Shown in pieces: positions 8,073 to 16,019 of a stretch of 18,189 nt of DNA. Position 1 is the first letter of the stretch; each line of letters starts with the position of its first letter. The notes below the pieces were generated by a model. That model worked only from the letters and a program-made list of their open reading frames with translations, had not been told where the DNA came from and searched no databases. The stretch comes from Pseudomonadota bacterium (GTDB lineage Bacteria > Myxococcota > JACRCW01 > JAFGSX01): contig JBDRCO010000061.1 of assembly GCA_043821645.1 (NCBI GenBank), positions 1-18,189 on the forward strand, in the 5' to 3' direction. Position numbers and translations under genes: made by a program.

Positions 8073-9737
8073 ATGGGTTACCCCGCCAAGCTCGAAGAGT
8101 TGATCAAGGTCGTCGAGAAGACCCGCCCCGAGCGCGTGGCGCGCAAGAACGCAGGCGGCGAGGTCCCCTTTCTCTCGCTCGACGAGCGCAAGGAGATGCT
8201 CAACCATCACCCCGACTTCAAAGAGGAGGGGCGGCGTGCGCTGCAGGTGGGCACCAGCAAGGGCTACAAGATCGCGCATGAATATGCGGATCTGCTCGAG
8301 GCCCGCAGCCGTCTGGATCCGGCCAAGATCGACGTCAGCAAGCCCGACATCGTGACCGACGTGCTGGTCATCGGCGGCGGCGGCGCCGGTACCTCGGCTG
8401 CGATCCTGGCCCGGGAGGGCGGTGCCAAGGTCACCCTGGTGACCAAGCTGCGCCATGGCGACGCCAACACCATGATGGCCGAGGGCGGCATACAGGCCGC
8501 CGACAAGGGCGAGAAGGACTCACCCTACTTCCACTACCTCGACGTCATGGGTGGCGGTCACTTCACCAACGTGCCCGAACTGGTCGAGGCCCTGGTCAAC
8601 GACGCGCCGCTGGCCCTGCACTGGCTCGAAAAGATGGGTGCCAACTTCACCAAGGATGCCACTGGCCGCATGAAGAGCATCCACGGTGGTGGCACCAGCC
8701 GCAAGCGCATGCACTACGCCGCCGACATCACCGGCGCCGAGATCATGCGCACCCTGCGCGACGAGTGCCGCAACCGTGACATCGAGGTCGTCGAGTTCGT
8801 GCCCGCGGTCGAGCTCATCCTCAACCAGCACGGGCAGTGCGCCGGCGCCGTGCTCTACAACCTGGAGACCGAGGAGTACCTGGTGGCCCACGCCAAGGCT
8901 GTCGTGATGGCGACGGGTGGCTCCGGGCGCCTGCACGTGCAGGGCTTCATGACCACCAACCATTACGGCGCCACCGGCGACGGCATCGTCATGGCCTACC
9001 GCGCCGGCGTGCCGGTCAACTTCCTGCACACGGTGCAGTACCACCCGACCGGCATCGTGTTCCCGGAGCAGGCCGAGGGCATCCTGATCACCGAGAAGTT
9101 CCGCGGCTCGGGCGCCAACCTGGTCAACATCGAGGGCAACCAGTTCGTCAACGAGCGCGAGCCCCGTGACGTCGAGGCCGCGTCCATCATCAAGCAGTGC
9201 ACCGAGGTCGGCAAGGGTGTGCCCACGCCCACCGGCAAGGTCGGCGTGTGGCTCGACTCGCCCATGATCGACATGCTCAGCGGCGAGGGCACCGTGCGTC
9301 GCGAGTTCCCGGGCAAGTACATCCTGTACAAGCGCTTCGGCATCGACATCAGCAAGCAGCCCATGCTCATCTTCCCGACGCTGCACTACCAGAACGGCGG
9401 CGTGCAGTTCAACAACAAGGGCGAGACCACGCTGCCTGGCCTGTTCATGGCCGGCGAGGTGTCGGGCGGCGTCCACGGCGCCAACCGCCTCATGGGCAAC
9501 TCGCTGCTCGACATCGTGGTGTTCGGACGCATCTCGGGCAAGAGTGCGGCCGAGTTCGCCAAGGACCAGGCCAAGGACGGCAAGCGCTCGCTGGATCACG
9601 TGGTTGCCTACAACAAGGAGGTCGAGGCCTCCAAGGCCGCCAATGGCCGCGTGGCACCCATGCTGCTGCCCGACTACACGCTGCCCCACGTCAAGGCCAG
9701 GCAGCTGACCACCGAATACCTGGGGACGTTGCGCTAG
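8073..9737 (+). CDS. Succinate dehydrogenase/fumarate reductase-family flavoprotein (FAD_binding_2), TfrA-like (554 aa)
   Basis: FAD-binding VLVIGGGGAG, ANTMMAEGG, GGTSRKR, ATGGSG and TGDG. Dicarboxylate site motifs QYHPTG, ITEKFRG, EPRD, LHYQNGG and GEVSGGVHGANRLMGNSL. SD AAGGTG upstream. Confidence 0.92.
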   Translation: MGYPAKLEELIKVVEKTRPERVARKNAGGEVPFLSLDERKEMLNHHPDFKEEGRRALQVGTSKGYKIAHEYADLLEARSRLDPAKIDVSKPDIVTDVLVIGGGGAGTSAAILAREGGAKVTLVTKLRHGDANTMMAEGGIQAADKGEKDSPYFHYLDVMGGGHFTNVPELVEALVNDAPLALHWLEKMGANFTKDATGRMKSIHGGGTSRKRMHYAADITGAEIMRTLRDECRNRDIEVVEFVPAVELILNQHGQCAGAVLYNLETEEYLVAHAKAVVMATGGSGRLHVQGFMTTNHYGATGDGIVMAYRAGVPVNFLHTVQYHPTGIVFPEQAEGILITEKFRGSGANLVNIEGNQFVNEREPRDVEAASIIKQCTEVGKGVPTPTGKVGVWLDSPMIDMLSGEGTVRREFPGKYILYKRFGIDISKQPMLIFPTLHYQNGGVQFNNKGETTLPGLFMAGEVSGGVHGANRLMGNSLLDIVVFGRISGKSAAEFAKDQAKDGKRSLDHVVAYNKEVEASKAANGRVAPMLLPDYTLPHVKARQLTTEYLGTLR

Positions 9738-9961
9738 CAAATCGAGCCCGATAGGCTGTACCTCTGACTTCCCGATGGCATGGCGTGCCGCGGTCGGGTT
9801 GGGGCCGCGGAGTGTGTGGTGCGCGGATGGCACCACAGGTTCGTGGTTGCGGGACTGGCTCCTGGTGACGACGGCGATTTGAAGTCGCACATGCCTGTGA
9901 CCGCGGTTTCCGCGCGCAGTCTCTTGCGGCGTGGCCTCGTGCCAACGGAGCTCGAAGCGCG

Positions 9962-11353
9962 ATGCTCCCACAGCGATCTCGCGAGACGATTTACAGCGTG
10001 GCGCTCATGGCGACGCTGCTCGTCGGCGTGGGACTGCGCCTGGTTCTTCCTGGCGATCGCGAGTGGAAGGAGGACGAGGCGACATCTCTCGCCATCGGCG
10101 CGGACTTCGTTGCACATCCCCAGCTCGCAACACACGGGCTTCGGTCAAGCGTGGGACTGCACAACCCCCCGGCGACGGTCTACGTGTTCGCTCTGCTGCG
10201 CTTGCTGTCGCGCGGTGACCCGCTCCTGGCGAGCTTGTGTGTCGTCTTGTTTCACTCCCTGGGCATGCTGATGGCAGGTGCGTGGTTGCGCAAGCGCACT
10301 GGGTCGCTGGACTGGTTCGCCGTGTGGTGGGGCCTGGCATACCTCTGCGTGGACGCCTGGTGGGTGATCAATAGCCGGAAGGTCTGGGCGCAGGATCTGC
10401 TGCTGCCCTTCGTGGTCGGCGCGGTCTGGGGCCTGTCGGACCTGTGGGAGCACCCGCAGGTGCGCTGGCGACGGGTCGCACCGGGCATGGTGTGTCTGGT
10501 CCTGGCGAGCCAGATTCACATGACAGGCATCCTTTGGGGTGTGGCACTGGTCGGGGCCACGGTGCTTCACCCCCCGCCGGCTGTGCGCCAGCACTGGAGG
10601 GCACTGTGTGCAGTGGCCGTCGGCGTCACACTCCCAGCCTACCTGCCGTGGATCCCTGAGGTGTGGAGACACCTGCAGCACGATGGTGCTCTGTCTCACA
10701 GCGCAGTGGCTGATGCGGGCTGGATTCACCTCGGCTCCCTGTTCCTTGGTGCGCTCGCGGCGACGGGATCCTCACTGAACTGGTTCATCGACGCCACCGA
10801 GGTTCCGGTACTTGTTCAAACCTTCGGTGGCACGCCCTGGCGAGTGGCACAGAGCCTGGCCTTGCTCCCTCTCGGAGTGACGGCGGTGGCGGCCATGGTG
10901 GTGTGGGTCCGCCATGTGCACCATCGAGACGCGCCGGATGCCTTGTACTGGCTCGCGAGCAGCGTGCCGCTCTTCATCCTTGTCTTGCTCTGTATTCGTA
11001 CGCCGGTACTCCCTCATTACTCGTCGATACTGGCTTTCCCCATGGCTGCTTTCTGGGCCCTGGGCTGGAGCGCGCTGCAGCGGCGAGCGGGCTGGCGTCG
11101 CTGGCTGGTTCGTGCAGTCGCTGGAGCATTGGTTGTCTTGATGACCTGGACCAGCGTGGGGTTTCTGCTCTTCATCCACCACAACGAAGGCAGCCGTGGA
11201 GACTACGGACCTGTCTACAGGGTCAAACTCCAGGCGGCGCAGGAGATCGTGGAGCGGGGCAGCGGCGGCCAGTTCCCCTACGAGATCTACTATCTGGTTC
11301 AGCTCCTTCGTGGCGAACCTGCGCAGATCCCACAGGAGCGCTTCATGCGTTGA
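9962..11353 (+). CDS. GT-C fold (ArnT/PMT-like) polytopic membrane glycosyltransferase (463 aa)
   Basis: N-terminal TM helix followed by the acidic EWKEDEA (DE) motif and GLHNPP loop. Later motifs SRKVWAQDLL, QIH and PHYSSIL. Roughly 10 or more hydrophobic segments by eye. Confidence 0.75.
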   Translation: MLPQRSRETIYSVALMATLLVGVGLRLVLPGDREWKEDEATSLAIGADFVAHPQLATHGLRSSVGLHNPPATVYVFALLRLLSRGDPLLASLCVVLFHSLGMLMAGAWLRKRTGSLDWFAVWWGLAYLCVDAWWVINSRKVWAQDLLLPFVVGAVWGLSDLWEHPQVRWRRVAPGMVCLVLASQIHMTGILWGVALVGATVLHPPPAVRQHWRALCAVAVGVTLPAYLPWIPEVWRHLQHDGALSHSAVADAGWIHLGSLFLGALAATGSSLNWFIDATEVPVLVQTFGGTPWRVAQSLALLPLGVTAVAAMVVWVRHVHHRDAPDALYWLASSVPLFILVLLCIRTPVLPHYSSILAFPMAAFWALGWSALQRRAGWRRWLVRAVAGALVVLMTWTSVGFLLFIHHNEGSRGDYGPVYRVKLQAAQEIVERGSGGQFPYEIYYLVQLLRGEPAQIPQERFMR

Positions 11354-11670
11354 CCAGAATCGTTGGGATGAAGCCCAGGTTTGCGGGACGTGTTCGATAG
11401 GGCCTCCGCGCGCCATCGTGGCCAAACCACCTGAGCACGGGCAGGTGGACAGAAGTACCGATCGGAGGCTGCGTCCGCAGAGGATCTGGCCTCTGAAGTC
11501 AGGCCTTGCATCTCCATGCCCGCCCAGCCGCAGGTCGGGGGAGTTGCCCGAACCGCTCCCCGGTTGCATCCGAGTCCCCCTCGTATACGATGCGCACGTC
11601 GTCACGCGAGGGCGATTATCGCCCGCGGGAGCGGAATGCATCGGTCTGTGTCTACAGGGACCTGGTCCGA

Positions 11671-12576
11671 ATGAGAGGCCCGATCCTCACGCCACGCTGG
11701 GTGGGCTCGCTCGTCAGCCTGGCCTCCCTGGTCCTGGTCTTCGTGCCCGTGTGGACGCTCAGCCAGTGCGCCACCATCGACGGCAGGGCACGCGATCTGG
11801 CTGCCAGGACAGAAGGCATCGCAGGGCCCGAGGACCTGATCCTCGCCGGGCTGCCGCGGGCGGATCCTGGGCGCTCGCGAGGGCGGCTGCTGTTTCCTTT
11901 CAGGCCCCTGTTCGCCGTGGACGCCGACACCGTGGACATGGACCTGCCCACGCTTCCATTTCGTCGCGTGCTCGCCGTGGGGGATCTCGACCCGGAGCGC
12001 CTCAAGCTCGGGCCCGCATCTCGAATCGTCGACACCGTGCGCTTGTTCGAACTCGGGGACCCAGGTCGGCTCCTGCTGTCCCTTGTGGACTACACCCGAA
12101 TCGAGATTCGTGGCGTGCAGGGTACAAGGAGCTGTCGCGTCGCGCATCCGAGCGGCGGTGTGGCCTGTGGCTCCGAGGCCTGGTTCCACATCGGACCGCG
12201 GGTGCAGCGGGTGGGTGGTCGCGATCGGCTGTGCCTGTGGGCGCATCCACCACCGGATGGGGCACAGCTGGCCATCGGTCTGAGCATCGCGCCGGGCACA
12301 GCAGCGCCTGGCTCGCGTCTATCGGTCGATGTGCAGTTTGCCGACGAGGTGCGACACGATCCCCTGCATCCCGAGGTTCAGGTGGAGCTGCGCGAAGAGG
12401 GGTCTGTCCTGGCCTCGACCACCTGCGACAACCACAAAGCTTCTTGCCAGCTGACGGGCCCTTCCGGGATGGATCGCGACCGCCGGCTCGAGCTCGTCGT
12501 CACCACCCCCCATAACGGCCGACAGCTGCTGTGCCTGGGAGGAGGACTGGTGGCGGAGGCTGGAGCACCACCATGA
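11671..12576 (+). CDS. Hypothetical protein with an N-terminal membrane anchor and an extracytoplasmic, probably beta-rich domain (301 aa)
   Basis: Starting at ATG 11671 (AGGGA upstream): MRGPILTPRW, then a hydrophobic segment VGSLVSLASLVLVFVPVW, then a soluble region with several Cys and RLCLWAHPP. Its stop overlaps the next start (ATGA 12573-12576), indicating translational coupling. The start site is uncertain. Confidence 0.7.
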   Translation: MRGPILTPRWVGSLVSLASLVLVFVPVWTLSQCATIDGRARDLAARTEGIAGPEDLILAGLPRADPGRSRGRLLFPFRPLFAVDADTVDMDLPTLPFRRVLAVGDLDPERLKLGPASRIVDTVRLFELGDPGRLLLSLVDYTRIEIRGVQGTRSCRVAHPSGGVACGSEAWFHIGPRVQRVGGRDRLCLWAHPPPDGAQLAIGLSIAPGTAAPGSRLSVDVQFADEVRHDPLHPEVQVELREEGSVLASTTCDNHKASCQLTGPSGMDRDRRLELVVTTPHNGRQLLCLGGGLVAEAGAPP

Positions 12577-14387
12577 GCGATGTGGTGGAGCAGGGCACGC
12601 CGCCGGACGCACTGGCTGCGGCATCTCCTGAACCCTCGCGGCCGGTGGACCGCCGGGGTTCGCTGCTGGTGATCGGCCTGGTGACCTTCGTCACCTGCTG
12701 GCTGCAACCGTACTTCGACGAGATGCACAACCCCAACGCGCTGGTGCGCGTGTACCTGACCCGCGCACTGGTCGACGATGACACGGTGCGCATCGATGCG
12801 CCGATCCGGAGCTTCGGCGATCTCCAGGACAAGTCTGTGCGAGAGGGGCACTTCTACTGCGACAAGGCACCTGGTGTGTCCTTGCTGGCGGTCCCTCTGT
12901 ACGGTGCTCTGCGTCTGCTGTGGCCAGCACAGGCCATCAGCAATCGCACCCTGATTCGCGTCACCCGGGTCGTACTGTGCGGCTTCGCGCTGCCACTCAT
13001 CCTGTGGCTGTGTGAGCTGTGGCTGGCTGGCCTGGGGGTGGCGCCCCGTCGACGGGCAGCTTCCCTGGCAGCCCTGGGCGGCGGCAGCATGTTGCTGCCC
13101 TACAGCCTGGACCTGTTCGGTCACGTGCCCGCGGCACTGTTCGTCGCCGCGACCGCTTACCTGTTGCTCGCGCCCGGCCGCCGCGAAGGAGACTTCCGGC
13201 GAGACGTGGGCGCGGGACTGTGCATCGGGCTGGCAGTGCTCACCGAGTATCCGGCACTGATCCTGGTCGCGGTTCTCGCTCTTGGAGCGCTGATCCGGCG
13301 TCCTGATCGCGTGCGGGCGGCGATGGCCATCGGGCTTGGTGGCCTGATCCCAGCTCTGATCTTTTTCTGGTACAACAACAGCGCCTTCGGCCATCCGCTC
13401 AAGACAGGCTACTCCTTCATCGCCAGCCCGTACTTTCACGCCGTGCACGAGAAGGGATTCCTTGGCATCTCCTGGCCCAGCGCCGAAGCCCTGGCGGGGA
13501 GCCTGCTGTCGCCTGCGCGCGGCATCTTCTTCGTCGCACCCTGGACCCTGCTGGCCCTGCTCGGCGTCGGGCTGTTGTGGCGGCAACGACGTGGCCTGGC
13601 CCTGATTCTCGGCACCTGCATGGTGCTCGACATCCTGTTCATCGCGTCCTTTGGCTACTGGATCGGCGGCTGGTCCGTCGGACAGCGACACCTGACCTCG
13701 CTGATGCCGCTGCTGACCGTGGCCTTCGCCCTCGGTTGGGAGCAGCTGGCACACGACGCCGAGGGCGGACGTCGGCGCATCCTCTCGTCGCTGTTTGCGG
13801 TGAGCGCGACCGTGGGGGTGGTCCTGGTCTCGGCGGCGAGTCTGACCCTGGCGGGCTTCCCCGAGGAGTTTCACAATCCACTGGTCGAGGTGACCGCAAC
13901 CCTGTGGCGCGAGGGCCTGTTTCCCTACACCGTGGGCACCATGCTGCACCTGCCGAGCCGGGTCGCCATCGTGCCCGCGATCCTGGCCTCGCTGCTCCTT
14001 GTCCTTGTCGTGCTTGAGGCCGCAACCGTCGACCCGAACAGGGACCGACGATCGCTCCTGATCCAGGCTACAAGTGCGGCCCTGGTCGGCGCCTGGCTCG
14101 GTGTGCTACCGCTGGCGGGCGAGGGGCCGGTGACGGCGCAGCACCATCGTGAGTGGATCATTGACACCGTGTGGGAACCTCGCGATGCGCTACCACCCAA
14201 GCAGTACGACCCCATCAAGGTGCTGCCCACCCTGCCGCGGCTGGCGCCGGTCTCACCTGTGCTGCTCAGGCACCTGGCGCGGCAAGAGGCGACCGGGGAT
14301 AGCGCCACCCGGGCGCTCGAGCTGATGAGCCAGGCGCGCTTGCTGGAGCTGGCCAGGACCGCGGAGCCGCCGCACGCATCACCCTGA
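12573..14387 (+). CDS. Polytopic membrane protein, probable GT-C fold glycosyltransferase (604 aa)
   Basis: TM1 followed by a loop NPNALVRVYLTRALVDD...DKS...FYCDKAPGVSLLAVP. Later motifs YSLDLFGHVP, LTEYP, YNNSAFGHPLKTGY, LLSPARGIFFVAPW and WIGGWSVGQRHL. Many TM segments. ATGA coupling with the upstream gene. Confidence 0.75.
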   Translation: MSDVVEQGTPPDALAAASPEPSRPVDRRGSLLVIGLVTFVTCWLQPYFDEMHNPNALVRVYLTRALVDDDTVRIDAPIRSFGDLQDKSVREGHFYCDKAPGVSLLAVPLYGALRLLWPAQAISNRTLIRVTRVVLCGFALPLILWLCELWLAGLGVAPRRRAASLAALGGGSMLLPYSLDLFGHVPAALFVAATAYLLLAPGRREGDFRRDVGAGLCIGLAVLTEYPALILVAVLALGALIRRPDRVRAAMAIGLGGLIPALIFFWYNNSAFGHPLKTGYSFIASPYFHAVHEKGFLGISWPSAEALAGSLLSPARGIFFVAPWTLLALLGVGLLWRQRRGLALILGTCMVLDILFIASFGYWIGGWSVGQRHLTSLMPLLTVAFALGWEQLAHDAEGGRRRILSSLFAVSATVGVVLVSAASLTLAGFPEEFHNPLVEVTATLWREGLFPYTVGTMLHLPSRVAIVPAILASLLLVLVVLEAATVDPNRDRRSLLIQATSAALVGAWLGVLPLAGEGPVTAQHHREWIIDTVWEPRDALPPKQYDPIKVLPTLPRLAPVSPVLLRHLARQEATGDSATRALELMSQARLLELARTAEPPHASP

Positions 14388-14444
14388 CAAGGCCTCGCCA
14401 ACCACCGACCCCGCAGGCTGGTGGTGCGAGCGCGCCTGTCAGGG
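14382..14444. terminator. Long imperfect inverted repeat between convergent genes; candidate bidirectional terminator or mRNA-stabilising stem
   Basis: Nested arm pairs CCCTGACA/TGTCAGGG, GGC/GCC, CTCGC/GCGAG and ACCACC/GGTGGT. There is no U-tract on either side, so it is not a classical intrinsic terminator. Confidence 0.4.
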
Positions 14445-16019
14445 CTGCCGTCGCGAGCAGCCCGTCGCATCGCACCAGCTGAGCAGCTCAAAGCCCGACG
14501 GTGTCCTGGCATCGGCCGCAGAAGCACTCGACCGACGACGGGCAAGCCACTGGTGGAATCCTGGTTCCTGGCTCAGCTCAGGAGGTGGCGATGGCCAAAA
14601 ACCCAGGTCGTTGATGAGCACGGTGTTAGAAAATATGATCAGGTCGCCGTCGACCAGGGTGCCGGCGCTGGCGCTGAGTTCCTGGGGTGGCAGGTGCAGC
14701 ACCTGGCGCGCAGGGATGCCGTACAGCACACGCACATGCTCGGGAGACAGATGAAACAGGTAGCTCCCCCTGTCCCCCGCCCAAGGTGAGGGCATCGCCG
14801 GTGGCAAGCTCAGCTGGTGGAAGGCCAGCACGGTGCGTGTCCCGGGCTGCCGTGCTTCGAGCGGCTGCAGCAGGGTGCGGTAGCTGCTGTGCAGGTAGAA
14901 GGGGTCGCGAAACTGCGCAGCGGCCGTCGTGGTCTCGATTGCGCTCCAGGCCAGCACCAGGACCAGGGCCGCCTGCAGCCCGCGCCAGCGACGCACCAGG
15001 GGCCACACGCGCGCCAGGAGCATGGCCGTCAGTGGCGCCAGCACCAGCAGGTAGCGGACCTCGCGTCCGGGCATGGCCTGGAGACCTACAAAGAAACCCA
15101 CCCAGGCCACCGCCAGTCGGCGTCCCGCGCCCTTCTCGCGCCAGCCGATGACGAGGGCCGGGACCAGTAGCAGGGCCACCAGCCAGCCCTGGGCGGGCAG
15201 GTTGCGCAGGTACACCCACCACGGGAACACCATCCCCGCGTCCGCATAGCCCTGGCGTATCGCCTGGACCTGCAACAGCGGACGCAACAGCAGGGGCGCC
15301 TCACCCAGGCTGTCGCCGAGGGCGGCCCCCATGACGACGAGGGTAAAAAGGGCGCTGCCGAGGGCCGCGAGCAGGAGACGCGTGAGCAGGCGCCCGGGAC
15401 GCAGGTTTCCCGCTGCACCACCGTCGCGAACCAGAGCCACACCGACGAGGACCACGACCCAGCACAGAGCATACACGTGCTTGATCAGAGGCAAGGCGGC
15501 ACCGACCACGACCAGCAGCAGCAGGTTCCATGGCGAGGGCCTTCGACGTTCGCGCTCCGCCCCGTGCAGCAAGAATAGGAAGAGCGCCCCGGGCAAAATG
15601 TCGTGGCTGATGAAGGGCGCGTAGCTGGCCCATAGGGGTGTGAGCACGGCCCCGAGCGCGGCGACCCAGCGCGCCGCGGGATCCTCGATGTGGCGAACGA
15701 TCTGCCGCAGCACCAGCGCCAGGGCCCCGAGGTGCAGGAACGCCATCAGCGCATGGGGCAGGCGTACGTCCAGGGGATGAAGCTGCCAGGTGCCGTGCAG
15801 CCACACCGCGGGCAGCTGCAGCAGGGCCATGAGCGGCGCGCGGATGGGGTTGTAGTCCGCATCCTGGCCGAGCATGGCGCGAGCGTTGCACAGGGCCTCG
15901 AAGCCGTCGTAGTACTCGACATCCAGGGACCAGGCGGTCCAGCCGAGCCACAGTGCGACCGGGGCCAGGATCCACCAGATCCTCGCCGTCCGGATGCGAT
16001 GAAAGGACCACGACGCCAT
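14439..16019 (-). CDS. Polytopic membrane protein, probable GT-C fold glycosyltransferase with a C-terminal soluble domain (526 aa)
   Basis: TM1 followed by the acidic loop DVEYYDGFEALCNAR...YNPIRAPL. Later motifs SHDILPG, LIKH, PWWVYL and REVRYLLVLAP (the late RY motif typical of GT-C enzymes). About 10 TM segments by eye. Confidence 0.75.
   Translation of the reverse strand: MASWSFHRIRTARIWWILAPVALWLGWTAWSLDVEYYDGFEALCNARAMLGQDADYNPIRAPLMALLQLPAVWLHGTWQLHPLDVRLPHALMAFLHLGALALVLRQIVRHIEDPAARWVAALGAVLTPLWASYAPFISHDILPGALFLFLLHGAERERRRPSPWNLLLLVVVGAALPLIKHVYALCWVVVLVGVALVRDGGAAGNLRPGRLLTRLLLAALGSALFTLVVMGAALGDSLGEAPLLLRPLLQVQAIRQGYADAGMVFPWWVYLRNLPAQGWLVALLLVPALVIGWREKGAGRRLAVAWVGFFVGLQAMPGREVRYLLVLAPLTAMLLARVWPLVRRWRGLQAALVLVLAWSAIETTTAAAQFRDPFYLHSSYRTLLQPLEARQPGTRTVLAFHQLSLPPAMPSPWAGDRGSYLFHLSPEHVRVLYGIPARQVLHLPPQELSASAGTLVDGDLIIFSNTVLINDLGFWPSPPPELSQEPGFHQWLARRRSSASAADARTPSGFELLSWCDATGCSRRQP

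Noticed and set aside
8073-9737. Annotation as L-aspartate oxidase NadB or as canonical SdhA
   Set aside because: No nadA or nadC nearby and it is paired with an Fe-S subunit, which argues against NadB. No covalent-FAD His, no C-terminal domain and no SdhCD, which argues against a canonical SDH.
9874-9888. Minus-strand GCGA-CTTCAAA-TCGC resembling the tRNA-Sec anticodon loop
   Set aside because: Only a 4-bp stem, with no acceptor, D or T arms on that strand. No in-frame TGA recoding is needed in the neighbouring genes.
5993-9971. Long minus-strand ORFs 5993..7288, 7140..8456 and 8520..9971
   Set aside because: Antisense shadows of the strongly GC3-biased redox genes. They carry no recognisable motifs and fully overlap well-supported CDSs.
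10772-11641. Minus-strand 289-aa ORF with an SD-like GAGGGGG before an internal ATG
   Set aside because: Most of it overlaps the GT-C gene in antisense and it shows no recognisable motifs.
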